Assembly: GCA_002317295.1 (NCBI GenBank)
Contig: DCIY01000030.1
Coordinates: 2,640 to 66,639 of the forward strand
Direction: 5' to 3'
DNA from: Bacteroidales bacterium UBA1714
GTDB lineage: Bacteria > Bacteroidota > Bacteroidia > Bacteroidales > Paludibacteraceae
DNA length: 64,000 bases
The notes beneath the pieces are model-generated. The model was not told the DNA's origin. It was given only the letters and a program-made list of their open reading frames with translations, and did no database searches. The position numbers and the translations under genes were made by a program. Positions 9,501 through 18,840 of the stretch are shown in pieces (within the stretch, counting starts at the first letter, position 1; the number at the start of each line of letters is the position of its first letter).

Positions 9501-10127
9501 TATGATATCGGTTACGGAGGATTGGATCACGTGATTGCCAGTGGTGAGGATGTGAATATTCTCGTACTGGATACGGAGGTTTATTCCAACACCGGTGGTC
9601 AGGCATCCAAGTCCACGCCTATTGGTGCCATTGCCAAGTTTGCCGCCATGGGTAAGCGCGTGCGCAAGAAAGACCTGGGTATGATTGCCACCACGTATGG
9701 ATATGTTTATGTGGCTCAAATTGCTATGGGTGCTGATCATGCTCAAACGCTGAAGGCTATTCGTGAGGCAGAGGCTTATCCCGGACCGTCTCTGATTATT
9801 GCTTATGCTCCGTGTATCAACCACGGATTGAAGGCCGGTATGGGTAAGGCTCAGGAAGAGGAAGCTAAGGCGGTGGCCAGTGGTTACTGGCACTTGTGGC
9901 GCTACAACCCCATGCTCGAGGCAGAAGGAAAGAATCCGTTCTCGCTGGACAGCAAGGAGCCTAATTGGGATGAGTTTGTCAATTTCCTGAAGGGCGAAGT
10001 TCGTTTTGCTTCGGTGATGAAGCAGTATCCTGCTGAGGCAGAACAACTGTTTGAGGCCGCCAAGCAGAATGCGCAATGGCGTTATCGTTCCTACCAGCGT
10101 ATGTTGGGTGCCAATTGGGAAAAGTAA
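6579..10127 (+). CDS. nifJ: Pyruvate:ferredoxin (flavodoxin) oxidoreductase
   Basis: 1182 aa. N-terminus is [32 protein letters not shown]. Two ferredoxin-type cluster motifs ([30 protein letters not shown]). TPP region [16 protein letters not shown]. Confidence 0.95.
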   Translation: [1182 protein letters not shown]

Positions 10128-10137
10128 ATATAAGATA

Positions 10138-11001
10138 ATGGATACCAACGAATTACGTAAACTGATAGCCGTTTGGTTTGAGGAGGATATACGCGATGGC
10201 GATCACACATCGCTCAGTTGTATACCATCTTCTCAGCAGGGTTGTCAACAACTGATTATCAAAGATACCGGTATATTAGCGGGTGTCGAAGTAGCCAAGG
10301 TCATTCTTGACTACTTCGATCCTACGCTGCGAATGGAGCAGTATTTGGAAGATGGTGCTGCGGTGAAGCCCGGAGATATTGCATTTCGGGTGTATGGCAG
10401 TGAACTGAGTCTGTTGCAGGTGGAGCGTACGATGCTCAATATCATGCAGCGTATGTCCGGCATTGCCACCACTACCCATACGTATCAGTCGCTCATAGCC
10501 GACACAGCGTGCCATGTGCTGGATACGCGCAAAACGACTCCGGGACTGCGGTATTTGGAGAAAGAGGCGGTGAAGATTGGAGGAGGAATGAACCATCGTA
10601 TCGGTTTGTTTGATATGATATTGCTCAAGGACAATCATGTTGATTTTGCGGGAGGTATCCGTCAGGCATTACAGCGTGCCCAGGCTTATTGTCAGGAAAA
10701 AAAGAAAGATTTGCGAATCGAGATAGAGACTCGCAATTTGGATGAGATTCGTGAAGCGCTCGCAACGGGTATTGCGGATCGTGTGATGTTGGATAATTTT
10801 ACACCGGAGTTGACGCGTGAGGCGGTTCAACTCATTCGTAATACACCAACGGCCAAGTATATAGAAATAGAGTCGAGTGGGGGAATCACCCTGAAGACGA
10901 TTCGTTCCTATGCTGAGGCAGGAGTAGATTTTGTCAGTGTCGGAGCCTTAACCCATAGTGTTAAGTCGCTGGACATGAGTTTTAAAGCAGTAAAACAATG
11001 A
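10138..11001 (+). CDS. nadC: Nicotinate-nucleotide diphosphorylase (carboxylating)
   Basis: TRKTTPGLRYLEKEAVKIGGGMNHRIGLFDMILLKDNH is typical of NadC. ATG at 10138 lies just after the nifJ stop. Confidence 0.9.
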   Translation: MDTNELRKLIAVWFEEDIRDGDHTSLSCIPSSQQGCQQLIIKDTGILAGVEVAKVILDYFDPTLRMEQYLEDGAAVKPGDIAFRVYGSELSLLQVERTMLNIMQRMSGIATTTHTYQSLIADTACHVLDTRKTTPGLRYLEKEAVKIGGGMNHRIGLFDMILLKDNHVDFAGGIRQALQRAQAYCQEKKKDLRIEIETRNLDEIREALATGIADRVMLDNFTPELTREAVQLIRNTPTAKYIEIESSGGITLKTIRSYAEAGVDFVSVGALTHSVKSLDMSFKAVKQ

Positions 11002-12782
11002 ATGTAAAAGAACGCTTGTCGGCGCTGCGTCGACAAATGCAGGAGTTGGGTCTGAGTGCGTATATCGTGCCCGGAACCGATCCTCATGCCAGTGAATATA
11101 TGGCCCCTCATTGGGCCGAGATGTCGTGGATTACGGGTTTTCTGGGAGAAACAGGAACCGCAGTCATTACTCATGATCAGGCTTTCCTTTGGACAGATTC
11201 CCGGTATTATCTGCAGGCAGAAATCGAACTGAAAGGTTCGACGGTTGTGCTGATGCGTGAATCGGATGTGGACTGTCCCACTATTTCCCAATGGCTCACG
11301 AGCCATATTCAGGGCATGGTCGGTGTTAATCCCGAGATGTATTCCATTCGTGGTTATGCCTCCCTAAAAGAAGAATTGGCGGATGGCGGTTTGGGACTGC
11401 ATTCCTGTGACTTGATTCGTCCTATCTGGACGGAAAATCGTCCGGATATCCCCATGAACCTGCTCCTTCCCTACGAAGAAAAATATGCCGGAGAGAGTGT
11501 GGCCTGTAAACTGCAGCGGGTTCGCCAGGCGTTGCAGGACAATCGTGCGACGGCATTGGTGGTCGCCGAGTTGGATGAGATAGGTTGGTTGCTCAATGTG
11601 CGTGGTACGGATGTGGACTATACACCATGCGTTATTGCGTACTGTGTGGTGGAAATGAATCGCTGCACCTTATTTATATACGCGCGTAAGCTCGATGATG
11701 CAGCCCGTCAGTATTTGCAATCGATGCAGATTGAGGTGCGTGAATACGAGGATGTATTTGCGTATCTGCGTGGAATAAAAGAAGGTACGGTGCTTATGGA
11801 CGGCAACCGGGTGAATGAGGCCTTGTACGAGGCGGTTCAAGTGGGTCGCAAAGTGGTGACTCCCAGTCCGGTGCAGGTGATGATGTCGTGCAAGAACGAG
11901 GTGGAGATTGCGGGCGAATATGAGGCTCATCGCGAAGATGCAGTGGCTTTGGTGCGGTTCTTTAAGTGGCTGGAACAAGAAGCATTGGCCACTCCGCAGA
12001 CGGAGATAACGCTGGCTCAAAAACTGAGTCAGTTCCGAGCCATGAGTCCCCATTATACCGAAGACAGTTTTTGTACGATTGCCGGTTGGCGTGGCAATGG
12101 TGCCATTGTGCACTATCATGCTACGCCGGAAAACTGTGCCAAGATAGAAGGTAATGGTGTACTGTTGTTGGATTCCGGAGGTCAGTATCTGGAAGGAACA
12201 ACCGATATCACCCGCACCATATGGGTGGGTGATGAGAAGGCCATTGATCCAAATGCCAAGCACGATTTTACATTGGTTCTCAAGGGCCATATCGCTTTGA
12301 GTAAGGCGCGTTTCCCCAAAGGAACGCGTGGCAATCAGCTCGATGTGCTGGCTCATCAGTTTATGTGGCAGGAAGGAGTGCATTATGCCCATGGCACCGG
12401 TCATGGAGTGGGGCACTATATGGGTTGTCATGAGGGTCCTGCCAATATTCGTACGGATAATAACCCCAACCCGATTCGTTTGGGCAATATCTTCTCCGAT
12501 GAACCGGGTATCTATCGAGCCAATGAGTATGGTATACGCACCGAAAACCTGGTGGTTACCGTTCCGTGTCCCATGGGCGAGCGGTCTACAGGTGAAACGT
12601 ATTACCAATTTGATATATTGACGTTGTGCTTCTACGATACGCGTCTGATGGAGCGCAGTATGATGACAGACGAAGAGATTCGTTGGATCAATGCCTACCA
12701 TCAGCGTGTGTATGATGAGATAGCACCCCGATTGAATGAAGAAGAACAAAACTATTTAAAACATAAGTGCCAAGCGCTATGA
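10998..12782 (+). CDS. pepP: Xaa-Pro aminopeptidase (M24B family)
   Basis: Metal-ligand blocks HGTGHGVGHYMGCHEGP, SDEPGIY and IRTENLV. 4-nt ATGA overlap with nadC. Confidence 0.85.
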   Translation: MNVKERLSALRRQMQELGLSAYIVPGTDPHASEYMAPHWAEMSWITGFLGETGTAVITHDQAFLWTDSRYYLQAEIELKGSTVVLMRESDVDCPTISQWLTSHIQGMVGVNPEMYSIRGYASLKEELADGGLGLHSCDLIRPIWTENRPDIPMNLLLPYEEKYAGESVACKLQRVRQALQDNRATALVVAELDEIGWLLNVRGTDVDYTPCVIAYCVVEMNRCTLFIYARKLDDAARQYLQSMQIEVREYEDVFAYLRGIKEGTVLMDGNRVNEALYEAVQVGRKVVTPSPVQVMMSCKNEVEIAGEYEAHREDAVALVRFFKWLEQEALATPQTEITLAQKLSQFRAMSPHYTEDSFCTIAGWRGNGAIVHYHATPENCAKIEGNGVLLLDSGGQYLEGTTDITRTIWVGDEKAIDPNAKHDFTLVLKGHIALSKARFPKGTRGNQLDVLAHQFMWQEGVHYAHGTGHGVGHYMGCHEGPANIRTDNNPNPIRLGNIFSDEPGIYRANEYGIRTENLVVTVPCPMGERSTGETYYQFDILTLCFYDTRLMERSMMTDEEIRWINAYHQRVYDEIAPRLNEEEQNYLKHKCQAL

Positions 12783-14563
12783 CATTAGAGCAAATCCTCA
12801 CCTCGCAGGTGAAGCAGGCCGTACAGTCGCTGTATGGAATCGAAGTAACGGATAATCAGGTTCAGTTGCAAAAAACACGTCCGGAGTTTGAGGGCAACCT
12901 CACGCTGGTCGTTTTCCCGTTTGTCAAAGCGGCTCGCAAAGCACCTGCACAGGTAGCTCAGGAGATAGGTGAAAAACTGGTAGGCGATTTGGTCCTGCGC
13001 TTTAATGCCGTTCAGGGTTTCCTGAACATGGTCATTTCTCATGCCTTCTACCTGCGTCAACTGGATGCCATCGCTGCAGAGGAGGACTATGGACAATTAC
13101 CGGAACGCCAACAGTTAATGATGGTGGAGTATTCTTCGCCGAATACCAACAAACCTTTGCATTTGGGTCATGTTCGCAACAATTTGCTGGGTGCTTCCAT
13201 TGCCCGTATTCAGGAAGCGAATGGTTGGAAGGTGGTGAAAACGAATATTGTCAACGATCGGGGTATCCATATCTGCAAATCGATGTTGGCCTGGTTACGT
13301 TATGGCAATGGAGAAACGCCCGAATCTTCCGGCAAGAAGGGAGATCATCTGATTGGCGATTACTATGTGCGTTTTGACAAGGAATATAAGGCTCAAATCG
13401 CGGAACTCATGGCCCAAGGCATGGATGAGGAAACGGCCAAAAAAGAGGCGCCTCTGATTAAGGAAGCCCAAGCCATGCTGCTCAAATGGGAACAGGGGGA
13501 TGCTGAGGTGCGTGCGCTGTGGGAAAAAATGAACCGTTGGGTGTATGCCGGTTTTGATGAGACCTATCGCCGTATGGGGGTGAGCTTTGATAAGATCTAT
13601 TACGAAAGCAATACCTATCTGGAGGGCAAATCGGAGGTGGAAAGAGGGTTGAAAGAAGGTTTGTTCTATCGTCGTGAAGATCATTCTGTTTGGGCGGACC
13701 TGACATCGGACGGACTGGATGAGAAACTGCTGCTTCGTTCGGATGGCACGTCCGTATATATGACTCAGGATATAGGAACTGCCAAACTGCGTTTTCAGGA
13801 TTATCCCATCGATAAGATGGTGTATGTGGTAGGCAATGAACAGGAGTATCATTTTAAGGTGCTCAGTATCTTGCTGGATCGTCTGGGTTTCCCGTTTGGC
13901 AAAGAATTGGTGCATTTCTCTTACGGAATGGTAGAACTGCCCAACGGCAAGATGAAGTCGCGTGAAGGTACGGTGGTGGATGCTGACGACTTGATGGATA
14001 CCATGGTGGAAGATGCCCGTTCCATCTCCAAGGACAAAGTGAATACATTGCCCAATATTACCCCTGAAGAAGCAGAAGAGATTGCCCGCAAAGTGGGTAT
14101 GGGTGCGTTGAAATACTTTATTCTCAAGGTAGATCCGCGCAAGAACATGCTCTTTAATCCGGAAGAATCCATTGATTTTAATGGTAATACGGGTCCGTTT
14201 ATCCAATATACCTATGCCCGTATCCAATCGGTTTTGAGAAAATCGACCATGGACGATACATTGCCGTTGATGGGCAAAGCAGAGGGAATGGAACTTCAGG
14301 ATCGTGAGTTGGCGTTGATTCAGCGTCTGATGGATTATCCGGGAGTCATTCGTCAGGCGGGAGATGATTTCTCTCCGGCAGTGATCTGCAACTATGCCTA
14401 TGCGTTGGCATGTGACTTCAACAGTTTCTATCATGATTATTCGATTTTGAATGAGGAGAATGAGGCGGTGAAGCACATGCGCTTAAAACTGGCGCGCACG
14501 GTGGCCAAGGTCATTGCCCATGCCATGTCGCTGCTGGGTATCGAAGTGCCGGACAGAATGTAA
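12779..14563 (+). CDS. argS: Arginine--tRNA ligase
   Basis: SSPNTNKPLHLGHVRNNLLG (HIGH region), GKMKSREG (KMSKS-like), DALR-type anticodon-binding C-terminus. ATG at 12779 overlaps the pepP stop (ATGA). Confidence 0.93.
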   Translation: MTLEQILTSQVKQAVQSLYGIEVTDNQVQLQKTRPEFEGNLTLVVFPFVKAARKAPAQVAQEIGEKLVGDLVLRFNAVQGFLNMVISHAFYLRQLDAIAAEEDYGQLPERQQLMMVEYSSPNTNKPLHLGHVRNNLLGASIARIQEANGWKVVKTNIVNDRGIHICKSMLAWLRYGNGETPESSGKKGDHLIGDYYVRFDKEYKAQIAELMAQGMDEETAKKEAPLIKEAQAMLLKWEQGDAEVRALWEKMNRWVYAGFDETYRRMGVSFDKIYYESNTYLEGKSEVERGLKEGLFYRREDHSVWADLTSDGLDEKLLLRSDGTSVYMTQDIGTAKLRFQDYPIDKMVYVVGNEQEYHFKVLSILLDRLGFPFGKELVHFSYGMVELPNGKMKSREGTVVDADDLMDTMVEDARSISKDKVNTLPNITPEEAEEIARKVGMGALKYFILKVDPRKNMLFNPEESIDFNGNTGPFIQYTYARIQSVLRKSTMDDTLPLMGKAEGMELQDRELALIQRLMDYPGVIRQAGDDFSPAVICNYAYALACDFNSFYHDYSILNEENEAVKHMRLKLARTVAKVIAHAMSLLGIEVPDRM

Positions 14564-14604
14564 GATGGTAACACAAAACAACTCAATAACTAACAGTAAC
14601 ATCC

Positions 14605-15417
14605 ATGAAACAAATCTTATTTGGCCTGGTGGCCCTTGTAATGATGAGTGCATGTGCTTCTAAACCTCAACCCAAGGAGCACGAGTTTGTAACCGATCGT
14701 TATGGCGTGGTGCAACGCATCGATCCCAGTGAGAAGAATGTCTATCTGGTTTTTACAGCCCATTTTTCGGAGAACGACAATGGCTATTTTGAGAACTTTG
14801 ACGGCATTATTCCCGTATTGAATACCCTGCAGGAAAAGGGAGTTAAGGGTTCCTTCTTTCCTACCGGAGCCTGCTTCCGCGAACCCAAGTATCATGATGC
14901 CATCATGCGCATCATTGCGGATGGTCACTATCTGTCCCATCACTCCAACAAGCACCTGCTTCTGTGCCCGGAGGATAATACCCGCGACAGTGTGAACCTG
15001 TGCACCGAGGATTCCATACGTGAAGATATGGACGAAATGGCCGAAGTGATGAAATCCTTTGGTCTGGAGCGCGACGATTATCCTTGGATGATTCCGCCCT
15101 ACGAGTGCTACAACCAATTCTCGGCAGATATTCTGCGTGACTGTGGATACAAGCTGCTAAACCCCACTCAGGAGATATTGTTTACTTCCAACGATTGGGC
15201 AGGTTTTGGTTCCAGAAGTTATTATACCGGTGACAGTTTGATGAATAAACTGTGGGAGTATGAGCAGGCTCAAACGCTCAATGGCTGCATCCTGCTGGTA
15301 CACGCCATGGTATATCCCAACCGTAACGATGAGGATCGTCTCTATACCCGTCTGGGTGAGATTATTGATCACCTGCGTGAATTGGGTTATGACTTCAAAT
15401 GTGTCAATGAACTCTAG
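14605..15417 (+). CDS. Polysaccharide deacetylase-family (divergent NodB-fold) lipoprotein
   Basis: Signal peptide ends MMSAC. Blocks VYLVFTAHF, GVKGSFFPTG and DGHYLSHHSNKH resemble the Bacteroidales deacetylase family. Confidence 0.7.
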   Translation: MKQILFGLVALVMMSACASKPQPKEHEFVTDRYGVVQRIDPSEKNVYLVFTAHFSENDNGYFENFDGIIPVLNTLQEKGVKGSFFPTGACFREPKYHDAIMRIIADGHYLSHHSNKHLLLCPEDNTRDSVNLCTEDSIREDMDEMAEVMKSFGLERDDYPWMIPPYECYNQFSADILRDCGYKLLNPTQEILFTSNDWAGFGSRSYYTGDSLMNKLWEYEQAQTLNGCILLVHAMVYPNRNDEDRLYTRLGEIIDHLRELGYDFKCVNEL

Positions 15418-15445
15418 TCTCTACACACTACACTCTACGCTTGAC
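15418..15445. repeat. Heptamer-periodic intergenic spacer (tctctac acactac actctac gcttgac)
   Basis: 4 x 7 nt between the deacetylase and ROK kinase genes. Almost G-free. Confidence 0.7.
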
Positions 15446-15452
15446 ACGAACC

Positions 15453-16403
15453 ATGGCAGTCATTGGCATTGATTTAGGAGGTACAAAGATTGCGGGAGCA
15501 ATTTTTGATGACCAGGAACAAATGCTCACCAAGCAAACCGTTTTACTCAACGGTGCTACGGGTGATGCAGTAGGAGACAAGGTGGTAGCTGTCGTTAAGG
15601 CATTAATGGACAGTTACCCGGAAATGGATATTGCCGGCATTGGCGTGTGTGTACCGGGCATCGTGTATTCCAAAACCGATACGGTGTGGGCACCCAATAT
15701 TCCCGGGTGGAACAATTATCCGCTCAAGGCGCGCATTGAGGCGGGCATTGAGGGCCGACATATCCGAGTGCGTATTGAGAGTGATCGCACTTGTTATATC
15801 TTAGGTGAGGTGTGGAAAGGTGCTGCTCGTGGTTGCGATAATGCCATTTATCTGGCTGTCGGAACCGGTATTGGCGCGGGTATATTGCTGGATGGTCGTA
15901 TTATCCACGGGGCCAGCGATATCGTAGGTGCTACCGGTTGGATGGCATTGCAAACGCCTTATTTGGAGGAATATATCCCTTGTGGATGTTTCGAAAACTA
16001 CGCTTCGGGCGATGGAATAGGCAAGGAGGCTCGTCGTGTGTTGCGTTGTGCACGCAATTATACGGGAATCATGTCTACCAAACCCGTTGAGCAAATCACT
16101 TCTCACGATGTGTTTGCGGCTTATAACGAATCCGATCCATTGGCTCGCAAGGTGCTGGACAAAGCCATCGAAATGTGGGGAATGGGTGCTGCCAATCTGG
16201 TATCGCTGTTTAATCCGGAAAAAATCATCTTTGGAGGTGGCGTGTTTGGTCCTGCGGTCATGTTTATCTCGCGTATTTATGATGAAGCCTGCAAATGGGG
16301 TCAACCTATTTCGATGCAACAGGTGAAGTTCTGCGCATCCGAAGTACAGGGTGAGGCCGCCTTGTTAGGTGCTGCTTATTTGGTGATAAATCCCAATATT
16401 TAG
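15453..16403 (+). CDS. ROK-family sugar kinase
   Basis: IGIDLGGTKIAGAIF (ATP-binding), LAVGTGIGAGILLDGRIIHG, and Cys-containing PCGCFENYASG. ATG at 15453; 15441 is TTG. Confidence 0.85.
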   Translation: MAVIGIDLGGTKIAGAIFDDQEQMLTKQTVLLNGATGDAVGDKVVAVVKALMDSYPEMDIAGIGVCVPGIVYSKTDTVWAPNIPGWNNYPLKARIEAGIEGRHIRVRIESDRTCYILGEVWKGAARGCDNAIYLAVGTGIGAGILLDGRIIHGASDIVGATGWMALQTPYLEEYIPCGCFENYASGDGIGKEARRVLRCARNYTGIMSTKPVEQITSHDVFAAYNESDPLARKVLDKAIEMWGMGAANLVSLFNPEKIIFGGGVFGPAVMFISRIYDEACKWGQPISMQQVKFCASEVQGEAALLGAAYLVINPNI

Positions 16404-16427
16404 TTTTTATTTTTAACAGATATTACT

Positions 16428-17576
16428 ATGTATAAAACTCCTTTGGTTTTCATTGCTGCTTGTGCAGGAATGGCATTCTTTGGCGTGACCATGTTGTCCC
16501 TGGGTCCTATTTTGGGTCAGTTATCGGAGGGCGCAACGGCATTGCCCAGTACGATGTCTATCGGTATCATTTTGGGTACCATTCTCTTTGGTCCGATTGT
16601 GGATCGCTTCGGATATAAGTGGTTAACCATCATTTCGTCTATTTTGGCGCTGGTGGGCATTCAGGGTCTGGCCTATTTTCAAGTCATGCCGATGTTGCAC
16701 CTGAGCATTGCCTGTCTGGGATTGGGTGGGGGAATACTCAACGGACTGACCAACGCCATGGTATCGGATATCTATGATGATGAACACCGTGCAGGACGTT
16801 TGGGCGTGCTGGGTGGATTCTATTGCATCGGTGCGTTGCTGTGGACGTTGCTCAACTATTTCATAACTGATTTCCATATTCCATTGTATCTGACTTCCGC
16901 AGTGATGGTAGGATTTATCATCTATTTCTTCTTTATTGCTTTCCCACAGGCCAAACCGGTGGAGAATGTTGGCTTTAAGCAGTCCTTGTCGTTGCTCAAA
17001 TATCCGGCATTGATGCTTTTTGCGGTTGTTTTGTTCTTCCAAAGCGGATTTGAAGGAGCCAGCGGTTCGTTTACCGTGGAGTTCTTTAAGAACACCACTG
17101 CCATTGGTGGCAAAGCAGCCATTCTGGCCATGACCTGGTTTACGATAGGTATGATGGCAGGTCGTTTCCCTCTGGGACCTATTACGGCGAAGATAGGTGA
17201 ACTTAAAACGCTCTATCTCTATTTGGTGATAGGTTTGGTAGGTGTGATTCTGTTTACCTTTGGTCAATCGGCTGCCATGGCTTATATCTCGATGATTTTA
17301 ATTGGTTTTGGTGTAGGCGCTACCTATCCGGTGATTTTGAATTACATCGGAGGTATATTCCGCAACCAATCTGGAACAGCAATCTCCATGGCCATTTTTA
17401 TTGCGCTGTTGGGTCAATATACTTTCAATGCCATTGTGGGTCTTTCTTTTGCTCATAGTCACTATAATGCGCTGCCGATTATGCTCATTGTGGCTTTGAT
17501 TTTTATCATGCTGTTGGTGCCTCTTGCCTTGCAAATAGGTGAAAATGCTGCAAAAAACGGCAAAAATGCAAAGTAA
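16428..17576 (+). CDS. MFS transporter
   Basis: 382 aa with about 12 hydrophobic helices. MFS motif-A-like GPIVDRFGYK lies between TM2 and TM3. Confidence 0.8.
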   Translation: MYKTPLVFIAACAGMAFFGVTMLSLGPILGQLSEGATALPSTMSIGIILGTILFGPIVDRFGYKWLTIISSILALVGIQGLAYFQVMPMLHLSIACLGLGGGILNGLTNAMVSDIYDDEHRAGRLGVLGGFYCIGALLWTLLNYFITDFHIPLYLTSAVMVGFIIYFFFIAFPQAKPVENVGFKQSLSLLKYPALMLFAVVLFFQSGFEGASGSFTVEFFKNTTAIGGKAAILAMTWFTIGMMAGRFPLGPITAKIGELKTLYLYLVIGLVGVILFTFGQSAAMAYISMILIGFGVGATYPVILNYIGGIFRNQSGTAISMAIFIALLGQYTFNAIVGLSFAHSHYNALPIMLIVALIFIMLLVPLALQIGENAAKNGKNAK

Positions 17577-17639
17577 GATAGACAAATTAAAAAAAAATAA
17601 CGCAAAATTTAAGATTTTGTTACGAAACCTTTCGAAATA

Positions 17640-17671
17640 TTTGCGGGAATCAAAAAAAAATCTTACCTTTG
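17640..17671 (+). promoter_or_regulatory. Promoter: TTTG-N20-TACCTTTG (SIS gene, possibly also SusC/SusD)
   Basis: TTTG at 17640-17643, A9 tract, TACCTTTG at 17664-17671. Confidence 0.65.
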
Positions 17672-17734
17672 TACGCTTTTTTCGGAAGGCCGTTGAATGA
17701 TAACTGTTTATTAACAACTATATAAAACAACATT

Positions 17735-18520
17735 ATGAAGTATGCAAAACAATGGAAGCTTAATGCTTTCGAAGTGATGAACAACATCGAAGCTACTCAG
17801 GAAAATCAAATCAAGGAAGTAGCTAAACTTTTCGCTGACACCATTCAATCGGGTCACTTGGTACACACTTTTGGTTGCGGTCACGCTAACCTGCCTATTG
17901 AGGAGATGTATCCCCGTATTGGTGGTTTTGTAGGTTTCCACCCATTGTGCGAATTGCCTTTGACTTTCTTCACCCACGTTCGTGGTGAGATGGGTATTGA
18001 CCAGTTCTTGTTCTTGGAGCGTTGCCAGGATTATGCAGACGCTATCATGAAGGGTTGGAACTTTGATAAAAACGATGTAATGTGGATCTTCTCTCACACC
18101 GGTATCAATGCTGTGAATATTGAGTTGGCTATCAAGGCCAAAGAGCTCGGTATGAAGGTGGTTGCATTCGGTTCTGCCAAGAACTGTGGCGATCGTAAGT
18201 CTGGTCATACTTCGGGCAAGACCCTCTTCCAAGTGGCTGACTATGTTGTAGATAACTGCTGCCCACTGCAGGATGCTTCTGTTCAAATCGAACAATGGGC
18301 TGACGAGGCTCACGGTATCCACAATTTCATTGGTCCTCTTTCTACCATCGCTTTCATTACCGATGTATGGATGACCATGGGTGCTACGGCTGAGATTTTG
18401 GAGGAGCGTGGTGTGAAGATGTATATCCACCCGAGCCACAACCAACCGGGTGACACCACTGCACGTGAGCGTCTGGCTGAGTGCGTAGAGAAATATCGTG
18501 AGGTAACTCAGCGCTGCTAA
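17735..18520 (+). CDS. SIS (sugar isomerase) domain protein, UPF0309-like
   Basis: 261 aa. HLVHTFGCGHANL and WIFSHTGINAVNIELAIKAKELGMKVVAFGS fit the SIS phosphosugar-binding fold. Own promoter at 17640-17671. Confidence 0.7.
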   Translation: MKYAKQWKLNAFEVMNNIEATQENQIKEVAKLFADTIQSGHLVHTFGCGHANLPIEEMYPRIGGFVGFHPLCELPLTFFTHVRGEMGIDQFLFLERCQDYADAIMKGWNFDKNDVMWIFSHTGINAVNIELAIKAKELGMKVVAFGSAKNCGDRKSGHTSGKTLFQVADYVVDNCCPLQDASVQIEQWADEAHGIHNFIGPLSTIAFITDVWMTMGATAEILEERGVKMYIHPSHNQPGDTTARERLAECVEKYREVTQRC

Positions 18521-18574
18521 TGCAGTTGTTGCTAATCACAGTTTTTTCTAATCACTTGCAGAAAAACACTATTT

Positions 18575-18742
18575 ATGAAGTTACGAACTTCACAGATTTT
18601 ACTCATTGCCGGCCTCGTCGTACTTCTGACGGGGGCGGTGATGAGTTACTGCAAGGTCGAACCCTACGCCGACTATGTCTTAATAGCCGGCGCTCTGCTT
18701 GTTATTCTGCGTGGCGCATTCCGCGCTCGTGAGCGTAACTGA
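18575..18742 (+). CDS. Hypothetical small membrane protein (55 aa, two hydrophobic helices)
   Basis: Hand-translated: MKLRTSQILLIAGLVVLLTGAVMSYCKVEPYADYVLIAGALLVILRGAFRARERN. More protein-like than the overlapping 70-aa track ORF (18520-18732). No homology evidence. Confidence 0.35.
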   Translation: MKLRTSQILLIAGLVVLLTGAVMSYCKVEPYADYVLIAGALLVILRGAFRARERN

Positions 18743-18840
18743 TTTTCGCAAAAAGAAGAGAGATTGTTCACTCGAGAGGGTGATGCTGCTCTTTGATAAA
18801 ACACAATAATAACCTTTTTTAATTTTTAACAAAAAACACT

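Noticed and set aside
13295-14476. 393-aa minus-strand ORF inside argS. Similar cases at 11670-12749 (pepP), 55418-56476 (SGNH), 63093-63977 (alaS), 36426-37640, 35199-36140 and 32787-33689.
   Set aside because: All are antisense to ORFs with diagnostic motifs, and none shows motifs or plausible composition.
18520-18732. 70-aa track ORF between the SIS gene and SusC
   Set aside because: The translation is not protein-like (Arg/Ser-rich, no structure). The alternative frame 18575-18742 gives a plausible two-helix membrane peptide and is reported instead, at low confidence.
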